From TPA_inf: Saccharomyces (Eukaryota): a DNA stretch of 64,000 bases. Below, in pieces: positions 1 to 11,653 of the stretch. Every line of letters begins with the position of its first letter. Within the stretch, counting starts at the first letter, position 1. The position numbers and the translations under genes are program-made. The notes beneath the pieces are model-generated. The model saw only the letters and a list, made by a program, of their open reading frames with translations, ran no database searches and was not told the DNA's origin. The stretch is taken from assembly GCA_000146045.2 (NCBI GenBank), contig BK006947.3:288001-352000 (forward strand). The letters run 5' to 3'.

Positions 1-1067
1 AGAAGGTAATATGTCAAGATATCTTTTGGTCATGTGATGGTACATCGTTTGTTTCTGTGCATAATGATTTTGGCATCAGACAATATTTAGTGCCGGAGGA
101 AAGTAATACGGACAAGCTAAACAGAAACCTCCTTCTACCATTTACAAGGTTTTTTAGAAACCAGTCTATTGTTTCATGTGCAATAGACCCGTTTTACACG
201 CTTTATAACGAGAATTCCGACAGGTTAGCTGGTGACAGAATCGTGGTTGGAGGAAAAAACTTCCCTCTACAACTATACTCTTTGATGGACGGGCAGTGTA
301 TCCTCAGCTATGACACGATGAACAAAATAAATGGAGAATACGAAACTGTATACAGTGTGAAAATCGATGTTGAGTCTCGTGTATACACTGGCTCATGCCG
401 TAACAAAGTGGCGATATACGACAAGAGCAGACGAGATGCCGTGTGGATGAACCAGAGTACCAAAAAAGCAAGCAAGGGAAGACAAAGCATTATATCTTGC
501 TTTGAAGAGCAACCAATGGGAGGGCAAGCTCTCTCAAGAGGATCTCTATTGTGTGGCAGTTATGCGAATGAAATGTTTCAGGTAGACTGCCGTCATCAAC
601 GACTAGAGAGACTGAACTACACCCGCACAGTTGCAGGTGGGATTGTACAAATCCTTACAAGCGATAACGGGCGTTACGTGTACGTTGTCAGACGCAACAG
701 TGACGCGATTAGTATTTACGATCGGCGAAACCTGCAGCACGAGCTTAACGTATTGCGCCTACCGTTTCGGATCCACCACAACTCTGCAAAGTTGAAGGCA
801 TATATAGATACGGCTTACGGACTAAGTATGGGGACGCCGCAGGGAACAATATTGAACTGGGGTCGAGACCTTGTGGAATTTGGAGGTGTTCCCTCACACA
901 ATAGTGTTGAAGACCCACTAATCACGTCTATCCCGCCAGAGTCAGAGTGGCGCACTAACCTTGATTCTACTATTCCTGCCACGGTAGTGAAGAATTGTCC
1001 TGGGGATCCCGAACTGTTCGCCCTATCTCATGGGGGCACAATTTCATTATGCAGGTTCGGCGGCTAA
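1..1067 (+). CDS. SWT21: 3' portion of a spliceosome-associated protein; the frame is open from the window edge and the true ATG lies a few nt upstream of the window
   Basis: The frame runs without a stop from nt 3 to the stop at 1065-1067. The track's 'M' at 57 is a GTG codon, not a real start. The gene sits immediately upstream of UBP10, as YNL187W does, and a 357-aa protein would start about 7 nt before the window. Confidence 0.6.
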   Translation, partial: KVICQDIFWSCDGTSFVSVHNDFGIRQYLVPEESNTDKLNRNLLLPFTRFFRNQSIVSCAIDPFYTLYNENSDRLAGDRIVVGGKNFPLQLYSLMDGQCILSYDTMNKINGEYETVYSVKIDVESRVYTGSCRNKVAIYDKSRRDAVWMNQSTKKASKGRQSIISCFEEQPMGGQALSRGSLLCGSYANEMFQVDCRHQRLERLNYTRTVAGGIVQILTSDNGRYVYVVRRNSDAISIYDRRNLQHELNVLRLPFRIHHNSAKLKAYIDTAYGLSMGTPQGTILNWGRDLVEFGGVPSHNSVEDPLITSIPPESEWRTNLDSTIPATVVKNCPGDPELFALSHGGTISLCRFGG

Positions 1068-1497
1068 AAACGGCAAACCCGTATTCGTGTATCACCCGGC
1101 CAGCTTTCTCCGATGAACGCGCACAAGTAAGAAGTTAAATTGCATCCCCCAGACACCACCTCTTTTGTTCACTTCTTGCCTCATGCCGTCAAAAAATTTT
1201 TTTCGCATCGAAAAAAATCCCCAAAAGAAAAGAAAAAAGTTCTTATTTTTATATAGTGCCACCATCGGGAAAAACTTCCCTGTAAAGCATTAACAGAGTC
1301 TTCCATCCCCGCTTCTGTCCTTTATTTGTTTCATAGAAGCTATTAAGCATCATATACTGCACACAGGAGCATGCATAGTGTCTGAAGCCTCTTTTGTTCT
1401 GTACTGCACATAATATTTCATAGAAAAACTAACGGAAAGAATCTACAACTCATAGTATCTGTAAATCCGTCCTATTGTCATATCACAATCACAGACT

Positions 1498-3876
1498 ATG
1501 ACCACTCAAGAATCGATCAAACCTTTGGTAGATAGAATCCTATCAAATCCCCTGCAGTTCAATGCTGCAATGATCTCTAACAAATCGAATAATAATGATA
1601 CTTCCGCCGCGCCGGAAAATAGCTCGTATATTGTGATAGGAAAACAGCATAATAACAATAGTAATAGCACAGCTATTGCTGCAACGGCCGAATCCAAGCA
1701 AATAAAAGAAAATAACTTGATAGACAGGCCAAACGGAAAGAAAACCAACACTGTTCCTAAATCTATGGCTGAAGCTTTATTGTTGTATACTTCTAAAAAT
1801 GATAAAGATGCTGCAGATGCTACTGGTGCCAAGAAGTCAGCGGAGCTTTCTACGGAGCTTTCTACGGAGCCTCCTTCCTCTTCTTCGGAAGATGACAAAG
1901 TAGGAAAAGAGGAAGAGGAAGAGGGTGAAATATTTCATGAGGCAAGAGACTATGTAGAACCCCGAAAAGCTAGTTTGAAGGAACGCGACAACGCAGATAA
2001 GGGCGATGGTGAAGACATCGGCGAAGACATCGGTGAAGACATCGGTGAAGACATCGGTGAAGACATTGGTGAAGACATTGGTGAAAACTTGGGTTCTCCA
2101 TTAGCAACCATTGATGATTCATCTAATGAGAATGAAAAGGAAAAAAGAAAGGAACTGTCTACAAGCATTAGCAGTGATGACGAAATAGAAGACGACGAGG
2201 ATGAGGATGACATGGATTATGATTCTAGTGCTATGGAAAAAGAGCTCCCTGAAGAAGAGGAGAACGATTCCAGCTCCAAAATTTCTGAAGGCGAAAAAAA
2301 GAGTTTATATCAAGATTTAATGGAAAATAGTACAGTGGAAGTAAATCGGTACGAACCAGTAAACAACACCAAAGAAAATGGAAACAGGAATCCAAAGGGA
2401 GAGGAGGAGGAAGAAGAGGAAGAAGAGCTGAAACATAAATCTAGGTCAATCACCCCTCCGGTTACAATATCAAATCTATCAAACTTTTACCAATTCAATG
2501 AAAATATCAATGATCGTGGTTCTTTAAACTCTACTAGAATTGTTAAAAATTGGGGCGACAAATTCACCAATTTGAAGCCTCGTGGCCTTTTGAATCATGG
2601 TGTTACTTGTTACACAAATGCTGCTGTACAGGCTATGTTACACATTCCTTCGATACAACATTATCTTTTTGATATACTAATGGGGAAATACGATAGCACC
2701 ATCTCAAAAAATTCCGTTTCCTATACTTTAGCTGAAACAAGTAAAAAAATGTGGTTACCGGTCTCAAAAAACCCTAGAAAGAACGTTTCAGCTTCCTACA
2801 TTAATCCAAAACATTTGATTTCCAGATTGGATGACATTAATTGTATGATGAGCGAATGGCAGCAGGAAGATTCACATGAGTACTTCATGTCTCTGATGTC
2901 AAGATTACAGGAAGATTCTGTTCCCAAGGGTCATAAACTTATAGAATCGATAATATATGACATATTCGGTGGTCTTTTAAAGCAGATCGTTACTTGCAAA
3001 TCTTGTGGCAGTATATCTAAAACAGAACAACCATTTTACGATTTATCGTTGCACTTGAAAGGGAAGAAAAAACTTGATCCAAATTCTGACCTGTCGAGTG
3101 ATAGCATTAACGGCACTTCAGCCACCACTTCTACCACTACCTCCAATGCTGCCACAAAACCATCTCTTTCATCCTCTTCATCTGTCAATTTAAACAATGG
3201 CTCACCATTTGCCGCTGCCAGTGATTTAAGTTCAGCCAACCGCAGATTTTCTATTGAAAAATCAATTAAAGATTTCTTCAATCCCGAATTAATCAAGGTT
3301 GACAAGGAGCAAAAGGGTTACGTTTGTGAGAAGTGTCACAAGACCACGAACGCCGTGAAGCATAGTTCAATATTAAGGGCTCCTGAAACTTTACTTGTGC
3401 ATCTGAAAAAATTCAGATTCAATGGCACGTCCTCATCAAAAATGAAGCAAGCTGTTTCTTATCCTATGTTTTTAGATTTGACGGAATATTGTGAGAGTAA
3501 AGAGCTACCTGTCAAATACCAACTATTAAGCGTGGTGGTTCATGAGGGCCGCTCCCTTTCTTCAGGTCACTACATTGCCCACTGCAAGCAACCAGACGGT
3601 AGCTGGGCCACTTACGACGACGAGTATATTAATATAATATCTGAAAGGGACGTTTTAAAGGAACCCAACGCATATTATCTCCTATACACGAGGCTAACTC
3701 CAAAATCGGTTCCATTGCCATTGGCGAAATCTGCCATGGCCACTGGTAATGTTACCTCTAAATCCAAACAGGAACAGGCTGTTAACGAACCAAATAACCG
3801 CCCATTGAAGATTAATAGCAAGAAAAATAACAGAAAAAAATGGAAAAAAAATAAAAAAAGGAAGTTCACCAAATGA
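1498..3876 (+). CDS. UBP10: Ubiquitin carboxyl-terminal hydrolase (USP family), 792 aa
   Basis: The translation has the Cys-box GLLNHGVTCYTNAAVQAM and the His-box SSGHYIAHCK...YDDEYI. The N-terminus is long, acidic and disordered with GEDI repeats. The 792-aa length and the position next to MRPL19 and NPR1 match UBP10/DOT4. Confidence 0.85.
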   Translation: MTTQESIKPLVDRILSNPLQFNAAMISNKSNNNDTSAAPENSSYIVIGKQHNNNSNSTAIAATAESKQIKENNLIDRPNGKKTNTVPKSMAEALLLYTSKNDKDAADATGAKKSAELSTELSTEPPSSSSEDDKVGKEEEEEGEIFHEARDYVEPRKASLKERDNADKGDGEDIGEDIGEDIGEDIGEDIGEDIGENLGSPLATIDDSSNENEKEKRKELSTSISSDDEIEDDEDEDDMDYDSSAMEKELPEEEENDSSSKISEGEKKSLYQDLMENSTVEVNRYEPVNNTKENGNRNPKGEEEEEEEEELKHKSRSITPPVTISNLSNFYQFNENINDRGSLNSTRIVKNWGDKFTNLKPRGLLNHGVTCYTNAAVQAMLHIPSIQHYLFDILMGKYDSTISKNSVSYTLAETSKKMWLPVSKNPRKNVSASYINPKHLISRLDDINCMMSEWQQEDSHEYFMSLMSRLQEDSVPKGHKLIESIIYDIFGGLLKQIVTCKSCGSISKTEQPFYDLSLHLKGKKKLDPNSDLSSDSINGTSATTSTTTSNAATKPSLSSSSSVNLNNGSPFAAASDLSSANRRFSIEKSIKDFFNPELIKVDKEQKGYVCEKCHKTTNAVKHSSILRAPETLLVHLKKFRFNGTSSSKMKQAVSYPMFLDLTEYCESKELPVKYQLLSVVVHEGRSLSSGHYIAHCKQPDGSWATYDDEYINIISERDVLKEPNAYYLLYTRLTPKSVPLPLAKSAMATGNVTSKSKQEQAVNEPNNRPLKINSKKNNRKKWKKNKKRKFTK
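2011..2082 (+). repeat. UBP10: In-frame 12-nt tandem repeat (GAAGACATCGGT/C) x6 encoding (GEDI)6 inside UBP10. A second 12-nt repeat x2.5 (ELST) lies at 1851..1881
   Basis: Read directly from the sequence: gaagacatcggc gaagacatcggt x3 gaagacattggt x2. Confidence 0.95.
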
Positions 3877-4098
3877 AAAAACTCGATATTCCTGGATTTT
3901 CCTCTTTTCATAGGCATTTTTATTAGCATTTCATTTTTATTATACCAAATCAATATATACATATAAATATCCGGTCTTTATTGACTTATAAAACAACTCT
4001 CAGTATACAGAGTTGGAGAAGCGTTTACTCAGAATAGCTTCAGTACTACCGAGCTTTGCTAACATAACGGGAGAAAGAGAATTTAAAACTTATATACA

Positions 4099-4107
4099 TA
4101 TTTACAG
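4099..4107 (-). promoter_or_regulatory. MRPL19: Puf3-binding element (CTGTAAATA on the mRNA strand) in the MRPL19 3' UTR, about 90 nt after the stop
   Basis: The plus strand reads TATTTACAG. Its reverse complement is CUGUAAAUA, the canonical Puf3 motif C[ACU]UGUA[ACU]AUA. Confidence 0.7.
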
Positions 4108-4192
4108 AATAGATCAGTAGAAAGAAGAAGGAAGGTCTGTTGAAAATTTCTCGAAATTGACGGTACTTTTTTGTCTTTTCACTACTTACAGA

Positions 4193-4669
4193 TCAAGGTA
4201 CAACCTTAATACCCATACTTTTTGCAACGCCAACTATTGATTTAACAATACCTTCCATCTCCAATAAACTATGCCTTTCATCACTCTTTTTTATCTTGGC
4301 TATTTCGTAAACGTGCTTCAGCGATAACTCTCCTAAAGCACGGGTTGGTCCCTTGGCAGGTGCACTGCCTAACATTGTCCCCACATTCGGTTGTCCATGT
4401 CCCTTGTCCATTTTAAGAGCTTTTAGCAGCAAATATCCGGTTGGTGGAGATTTCATTTCAAACGTAAATGTTCTATCAGGTTTTATTGTGATTAATACTG
4501 GAACCGGTACACCTGGCTGATAGTTTGCTGATCTTGCATTAAATTCCTTACAAAAGTCAATGGCTTTTATACCCTTGGAGCCCAATGCGGGCCCCACGGG
4601 AGGTGATGGTGCCGCTTGGCCTGCTCCTACTATTAGCTTTACTATCACGTTTTTTGCTGCCTGTGACAT
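4193..4669 (-). CDS. MRPL19: Mitochondrial ribosomal protein of the uL11 family, 158 aa
   Basis: The L11 signature [25 protein letters not shown] is present. The 158-aa length and synteny also fit. Confidence 0.85.
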
Positions 4670-5136
4670 TATGGAGACTAATAGTTCCTCTATGGTATTC
4701 GAGAGTTCGAAAGTACAACAAACAGAAATAAATACAGAAGGTTACGCTGTCGATTTGAATGTTCACGCTTTTTTTCCTTCTTATGAGTTGTAGATTTACT
4801 GCACTTTCTAAAGCTTCTTTGCTGTGAAATTTTAGAAAAGGGAATTGTCGCCTTGGTAAGACAATTAATGTTACCCGCTTCATTATTATTAATTAGTGGC
4901 GCGATATTTTAACGAACTTTTCCATTAATTATTATCATACTAAGCTTTTACATTTTTCTGATAAAATAGTAGATTATGAACAGGAGGTCAATCTATTTAG
5001 GCTTCTATAGAACGGTAAAATATGAAATTAGTTTAACAGAAGTAAATATGACATTGTATTTTAACATATACTCAAATAGGATAAAAAAAGGTTATATACA
5101 AATGCTTGGAAAAGAAATAAAAGTGGGGACGCTTAT

Positions 5137-7509
5137 TTATTGATTATTTTGCTTTTTCTTTTTCTTTTCTAGGCCTGCAATATGTGCTTCACTTTGATCC
5201 ACTTGTGTGTGATGATGGTCTTCTCCTCTAACCACTTTGAACGATAATCCATCTTCAACCAAGTGGCACATATCAATGCTACGGATCCAAGGATCTTCCA
5301 TGATTTCTTCGATATTTCCTCTGCATGCGGGCGCCAAATCAATCATACGTCCAACAATATGCTGAGTCTCTTCTGGTAATGAGTGCAACAATCTTTGTGG
5401 CCCGATATTAACATTATTAGGATCTGATACATTATTGGAAGAGCTTTCGGGTTTTTTCTTTTCTGTTGAGTGCGATTCATCGTAGGAAGGTGGATCAGGA
5501 GTTCTTGTAACCAAGCTACTTAAGGAGTCGCAATCACGTCCGGAACAAAATAGTTTGAATGAATTGTCCCTTAATTTCGGAATTTTCCATGGAAATTTCT
5601 TCAGTATCATACATGCAAAAATGATTGCAGAAGACCAAATATCTACGGGACGTGGGTCATACTTCGCAAATATACAGACTTCAGGTGCTAAATATGGATC
5701 ACTTCCAACAATTCCACTTGCTTCCACAAGATTTTTTGAGAATGGATATGAAAATACCACAGCAGCACCAAAATCGATTAATTTTACAATACCTTTTTCG
5801 TTTATAACACAATTATCTAGCTTTAGATCTCTATGAGCTAAGCCGATACTATGCAAATATTGTACACCAGTAAGTATTTGTTTGAAGCAACAACAAATCT
5901 CTTCATAGGACATTTTATTACTCATTACAATAGCAAATAAATCGTATTCACAATATTCCATAACTTGGAGAATTCTATCATTTTCATACACGATTTCAAT
6001 TGTTTCAATGATATTGGGATGATTCAAAGTTGTACCAATACAGTATTCTGATGTAATTTTCTTGACATAATCTCTTTTGGATTCATTTTCAAATTTAGTT
6101 CTAAACTCCTTCACTGCAAATATTTTGTTATCTGAAATTCTTTGAGCTAATTTGACAGAACCTCCTGCTCCAGCGCCTAAATCGGCACCGGTTTTGATGT
6201 ACCTTTTTGAGAACGGAATTCCTGAACCGCCGTGACTATGAGAATAAATAGTATCTCCATTTCCGTTATAACTAGTGGAATATGAGTTATTCCCTGCGGC
6301 AAAATGAGACGATGAATGAGAGTGTGACGGAACGGCAATTCCGCTAGAAAGAGGTGATCCGTTCGGGATCACGTTGTTACTATTCGAGGAAAGGTTACTG
6401 TTAGAACTTTTTTTGAAGAACCTCTTTAAATCACCGATGGAAGAATGTTGTGACCTTGGAACACTTTGACTTGGAGGTAAGTGGTCATGTACAGATGAGG
6501 GGGAACCGTAAAAGTTATCAGTATAGGAACCAGTTGGCTGTCTTGATGCAGAATATATGCTGCTTTGTCTTGCGCGGATAGGCTTCGGGATAGGCGTCGA
6601 ACCATTGGTAACATTGGGATTCTTAATGTTTGGAGAAGGACCATTGGAATTGGCAGAAAAAGACATGCCTGCAGAGTTAGAATTTGAAGATTCTTTTGAG
6701 TTTTTGGAAAAGAAAAAATTCCCAAGCTGTGAAGAGAATGAACCTGAACGGGATATAGATCTTGATTGAGTGGCATTTGCATTATTACTATCCATCGATG
6801 CTTTTTGGAGTTTTTGTTTGGAGATAACAAAACGTGGTTCCACGCTATCTACTTTTGGGGAGGATATAACATTTGAATCGATTGCAGAAATATTATTGGG
6901 CATACCGCCTGCATATGTTTCGAGCCACGAAGAAGACAAAGAGGAGCTGTTGCTATTCGAGCTATTGTTATCTTTGTTAGAATTTGGCACGGAGTAAGGT
7001 ATACTTGATGATAAAGAAGGAATGGCCCTTCCTGAAGTATGTGACGTGGTAGATAATCTACTTGTGATTCTGTTCTGTGCAGCAAAAGAACCACCATGTG
7101 AGGAAAGTCCTGCAGTACCTTGATCGTTTATTAAGGATCCAAATCTATCTCTACTTTGTGCACTTGTGCCGTAGAATGATGCAGTGTGAGCAAAGTTTGC
7201 ATTAAGGAAGCTGGAGGAAAACTGATTCCTATCGTCGAGAGAGGAACCGGCTGTTGATGATGAATCTTCCTCTGAGTATATTTGAGTAACAGTTGTGACA
7301 CTGCCAGGAACTGGCACGTTAGCCCTATTACGATCACTACTGCTGCTATTACTCACGCTACCAATATGACTACTACTCTTATTCCTAGAGTGAAGGTCAA
7401 GCGATTGTGACTCGGGCGTCGTGGTCAACGTATCAGCAGAAGTTCTCGGTGATGAGTTCGAAGTTTCATTTTTTCGTTTTTCCTGTAGCAATCGAGTTAA
7501 TGAAGACAT
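5137..7509 (-). CDS. NPR1: Ser/Thr protein kinase with a long S/N-rich N-terminal region, 790 aa
   Basis: The kinase motifs GAGAGGSV, HRDLKLDNCV, DFGAA and GSDPYLAPE are visible. The 790-aa length fits NPR1. Confidence 0.85.
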   Translation of the reverse strand: MSSLTRLLQEKRKNETSNSSPRTSADTLTTTPESQSLDLHSRNKSSSHIGSVSNSSSSDRNRANVPVPGSVTTVTQIYSEEDSSSTAGSSLDDRNQFSSSFLNANFAHTASFYGTSAQSRDRFGSLINDQGTAGLSSHGGSFAAQNRITSRLSTTSHTSGRAIPSLSSSIPYSVPNSNKDNNSSNSNSSSLSSSWLETYAGGMPNNISAIDSNVISSPKVDSVEPRFVISKQKLQKASMDSNNANATQSRSISRSGSFSSQLGNFFFSKNSKESSNSNSAGMSFSANSNGPSPNIKNPNVTNGSTPIPKPIRARQSSIYSASRQPTGSYTDNFYGSPSSVHDHLPPSQSVPRSQHSSIGDLKRFFKKSSNSNLSSNSNNVIPNGSPLSSGIAVPSHSHSSSHFAAGNNSYSTSYNGNGDTIYSHSHGGSGIPFSKRYIKTGADLGAGAGGSVKLAQRISDNKIFAVKEFRTKFENESKRDYVKKITSEYCIGTTLNHPNIIETIEIVYENDRILQVMEYCEYDLFAIVMSNKMSYEEICCCFKQILTGVQYLHSIGLAHRDLKLDNCVINEKGIVKLIDFGAAVVFSYPFSKNLVEASGIVGSDPYLAPEVCIFAKYDPRPVDIWSSAIIFACMILKKFPWKIPKLRDNSFKLFCSGRDCDSLSSLVTRTPDPPSYDESHSTEKKKPESSSNNVSDPNNVNIGPQRLLHSLPEETQHIVGRMIDLAPACRGNIEEIMEDPWIRSIDMCHLVEDGLSFKVVRGEDHHHTQVDQSEAHIAGLEKKKKKQNNQ

Positions 7510-7959
7510 AATGTTTCGTAGAGCTTTCCTTTTTTGTTTGAATGGGTATGAGCTGTTGGAAAATCAGAAATAGGAAAGAGTTAGACAAAAGTATTAATGA
7601 GTTCTGGTACAAGCCAACTAGTTTGTATGGGGTTGAAAATGACGCAAAGGAACGAGAACTCCTGTTTATTATTCTTTCAATAACAAAAGCAAGATTTTTA
7701 GTCACTGCCGATTGTTGCCACTAGGTACGCCACTGACTAATCCGTACTAACTCTATACAACTAAAGGCGGCCCATATTCTGAGATAAGCTATAAGGGTAG
7801 GAATTGTGGGATGCGTCATTGATAACGAAAAAATTCCGTAATAGATGATCAGTCAGATTGAGAATGAGATGTTTCGCACAAGTGATGAATTATATCTATC
7901 TATGCTGTATATTTTAATAACATTCCTATTTTATTGTACAAAATGCGCGACTATTCCGT

Positions 7960-9627
7960 TTATTGCTTGTCAAGCATCTGTTGGTGTTCCTCGTACAGCT
8001 TTTCGTGCATGTCACGTAACTCCTTGTAGGCATGAGTTAATGCTTCTATGTTGGTCTTAAGTTCTGTAATTTCCTCATCTTTAGCGGCATTGCTGTCTAA
8101 AGATGAAGTGGCGTCGATTTTATTGTCAATCACTTTTACATTGCTTGACACCTTACCGATATGTGAAAATATCGATTCTTGCGTTTTGACCTGCTCCAAA
8201 TAGGCATTAAAGTCGTTAAGTGGTAATGCGAGGTTAGGATCTGTCTCTGCTTCTGGTTCTCCTATCTGATACCAAATATCGTGTAAATGGCCTTTGTTTT
8301 TACCATCAAAGATAACTCTTTGTAAGTTTGGTATCTTCATAAAATTGTGACCATTATTATTACTAGGTTGTTTGCCTTTGGATTCTCCTTCAAAAAGTAA
8401 ATTTCCACGTTCGAGTCTGTAAGGGTTGGTTAAGAGATTGGTCACTTCTCCAACTGAATCCTGTGATGTAGTTAAAGTTTGGATAGTTCTAATGATTTGT
8501 TTTGAGTAAATTTCCGCAATAGAAACTTTCCCCTCCGTATCACCGATCAATAATAATGTACCATCCATTGATATTTCTAGGCATGACACATTTGAATTTA
8601 GGACATTCTCACAGACAAGTTGGCCCATTGCATATAGTGCATCCAAATCTTCATTTTCGCCGCCAGTTAGTGAGTTACGTTGCACTAGGGAAAAAACCCT
8701 ACCTTTTTGAACTGTGTTTACTCCGGCGGACTGTAGCAGATTAACGATAGCATTACCCTTTAGTTTATAAAATAAATTCAATGAAAAACAACCTTCCGCA
8801 GTACCAATATAGCATGCTCTGTCAGCAGGATCCAGTACAATGGATTTGATAGAATAAGGAGTTGTAAATGTCGCAAGCAATACTGGGGTCTTACCAATAC
8901 TAACGTCATTTTCGTTTGCCTTCTGCTTCTTTTTGCTGCCTATTAAACTCAAATCATAGCATCTAATGGTAGCATCTTGAGATACTGTGAAGAGTTTCGT
9001 ATCAGTACATGATAAAAATTTTCCTTGACTAGAAGAAACTTGGAAATCTGTCACGGGTAGAGTATGATCGTGAAGGATACATAAAGGCTTAGGATCATCA
9101 TTGGACGCTGATACCAAGTCAACAGTTTGCCATATAATAACTCTCGAATCGTTACCAGAAGTAATAATATACTTGCCGTTTAAAATGGACTTAATCTTGG
9201 TGATACTTTGGTAATGAGCCATAGGCTTCACGTTCAATAAAATCCCTGAATTTAACTCCCATATGTACAATTTACCCGATTCGGTGGAGCCAAGTAAAAG
9301 GTACGGAAGATTGAAGTCTGGTAAATTATGATTGACACCTTGAATTCTATCATACTGCACACCATCATTTTCAACTACTTCCAGACATTTTAGGATTTCA
9401 GGTAATGGTAAGCGCTGTTCAACAGATTCTCTTTTGAAAGAACCTGACAGATTGTAGACATTGATTAATGCTTTTTGTGCTTGAGCAATAAAAAGGTATT
9501 TATTTCCTACTTGAACACAGCTATTTCTTGATTGAGTGGAGCATTGCCTCAAATTTATCTGTTCAAATGAGTGTACAGAAGCTATTGTTCCTGAGGTATT
9601 TGTTGTAAAAATAACTTGCTCATCCAT
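7960..9627 (-). CDS. IPI3: WD40-repeat protein of the Rix1/Ipi pre-60S complex, 555 aa
   Basis: WD-repeat-like segments are present. The 555-aa length and synteny fit, and the promoter carries RRPE motifs. Confidence 0.75.
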
Positions 9628-9740
9628 TTTATCGTCCCTTGAAAGATCCTGTTTTATGAATATTGAACAATCAATCTTAACGCATATGCCCTTGTCAGAG
9701 CCGTCCTTCGAATAAGCATATTTGGAATGGGCATCGATTT

Positions 9741-9776
9741 AAAATTTTCATTTAGTGGGATGTAAAAAAAAATTTT
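9741..9776. promoter_or_regulatory. IPI3: Two RRPE-like elements (AAAATTTTC at 9741-9749; AAAAAAAAATTTT at 9764-9776) about 115-150 bp upstream of IPI3
   Basis: Matches to the AAAAATTTT RRPE core. IPI3 is a ribosome-biogenesis gene. Confidence 0.55.
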
Positions 9777-10334
9777 AGTTCGCGCGTACAGTTTTTCAAC
9801 ATTTGCCATATGATGTAGAATGGCGCTATCAAATCATCACTCTTATTACAGGTGAATCGCGCGCTAACACTTCAATTACAGACACATACTCCTGAATGGG
9901 TGCTTTCAAATCCCCTCTCCCCCAAGATCAAGTCCTATTTCAACTTCTCCTCTCAAAAACCCTCTATGTGACGCTGTGTATTCTTTGTTGTAGTTATGCT
10001 CCACGATACAGTGGCTGCTCATGAGCTTTCCTAGGAGCTCAGCACGTAAATGTATAGCGTACATGCTATAAGCGTGGCAGTTATTATAATAGTTCACACG
10101 GTATCTTACCGTATTAATTTATCAAAGTTTGCAGTTATCCATTCTGTGCCCGCGTTTCTTTTCAGTTTATAGACGCGATCGAATGTGCCTTAAAAATTTG
10201 GAAGAAGAGAGAGAAGGATGCATAAGTAATAGAACATTACGAGAAAATAGTTTACAGAAACAACTGGCTGCCCTGAAAGGCTTTTTTGGAGAGGAACAGA
10301 AACAAAGAACAAAAATTTTTAGAAAAAAAAAGAA

Positions 10335-11558
10335 ATGCCTTTGAATATTATTGGGACGGCTCTCCTAGACGGGACTGACAAGATTCCTTACTATCAAACA
10401 ATCAAAAAGGTGGCACCTTATGTGCTAGCGACTGGTGCCATTAAATATTGGTCGAGAGGGCCATCAAATACATGGGAAAGAAAGTTGCACGGTAAAGTTT
10501 ACTTGGTTACTGGCGCTACCTCTCAAGGAATGGGAACATCCGTGGCTTATAAAATGGCAGAGTTAGGTGCACAATTAATCATCTTGACTAGGGAAGTAGA
10601 TGAATGGGTTACTGAATGGTGCGAAGAATTACGTGAAAAGACAAAGAACGAGTTGATTTTTGTAGAAAAATGTGATTTGAGCAATTTGTGGGAGATTCGT
10701 AAGTTTGCCACAAGTTGGTTAGACAATTCGCCACCTAGAAGATTAGATGGCGTTATTGTCATGTCCGGTGATATGGAACCATGGGGTATCCCGAAAATAT
10801 CTTTGCCACAGAGGAGATCATCTAAGGATGGGCTGGAATTGCAAATTGCTACAAACTATGTAGCAATTTTCCATCTTTTAAACTTATTACAGCCTAGTTT
10901 CAAGGCTCAACCGCCTGATAGAGATGTAAGAATAATTCTTGCCACCTGCTGGTTACAAGTTGTTGGTGATATTAATATAGAAGATCCGTTGTGGCAAAAT
11001 GCCAAATACAAAAGCGCCTTGAAGTTTTTCGCAAGCAGCAAGCTACAATTGGGATTGAGTATGATGGAATTGCAAAGAAGACTTACCGAAGACATAAAAA
11101 ACCAAAAGACGAATGGCGCTGAAAGAACAGGAAAAAATGTTACCATTACTATGGTTCAACCTGGAACTATGAGATCAAATAGCCTACGCCGCGTCATTAG
11201 TAATGGTTCGGTGGTATTGTTAATAATACTTTACTGTATTCTGTTGTACCCCATATTGTGGCTGTTTACCAAGAGTGGTCGTCGTGGTGATCAAAGTTTC
11301 TTGTACGCTTTAATGACACCGGAATTGGAGGAAGTAAACTTAAAAGACACGAAGGTTAAGTATATCTCAGACTGTTCAATTGTGAAATTTGCTCGTAAAG
11401 AATTTGATGACGAGGAATTACAGAAGAAACTATTTGATAATACGGAAAGAGATATTTTACAATTGGAAAAGAAAGTCGCGGCAAAGAGAAATGCCAATAA
11501 GACCGGGAATCAAAATTCTAAAAAGAAGAGTCAGAACAAGAGTAGAAAAGATGATTAG
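10335..11558 (+). CDS. PBR1: Putative short-chain dehydrogenase/reductase membrane protein (YNL181W), 407 aa
   Basis: There is a Rossmann motif VTGATSQGMGTSVA, a C-terminal transmembrane segment and a K-rich tail. The 407-aa length fits. Confidence 0.7.
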   Translation: MPLNIIGTALLDGTDKIPYYQTIKKVAPYVLATGAIKYWSRGPSNTWERKLHGKVYLVTGATSQGMGTSVAYKMAELGAQLIILTREVDEWVTEWCEELREKTKNELIFVEKCDLSNLWEIRKFATSWLDNSPPRRLDGVIVMSGDMEPWGIPKISLPQRRSSKDGLELQIATNYVAIFHLLNLLQPSFKAQPPDRDVRIILATCWLQVVGDINIEDPLWQNAKYKSALKFFASSKLQLGLSMMELQRRLTEDIKNQKTNGAERTGKNVTITMVQPGTMRSNSLRRVISNGSVVLLIILYCILLYPILWLFTKSGRRGDQSFLYALMTPELEEVNLKDTKVKYISDCSIVKFARKEFDDEELQKKLFDNTERDILQLEKKVAAKRNANKTGNQNSKKKSQNKSRKDD

Positions 11559-11653
11559 AAATGAGAACGTAAATATATGTGTAGATTTCTTTTTTTCTTA
11601 TTTATGATATCGGTATATGTAATTATTTATTTACTTTTTCTGCCTCCTTGATA

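Noticed and set aside
57-59. The track's 'Met' start of the first ORF
   Set aside because: The codon at 57-59 is GTG. The frame is open back to the window edge, so this is the truncated 3' part of a gene starting upstream, not a start site.
4557-4883. 108-aa ORF on the - strand overlapping the MRPL19 5' end and promoter
   Set aside because: It overlaps a conserved gene, has no recognisable domains and is low complexity. Likely spurious.
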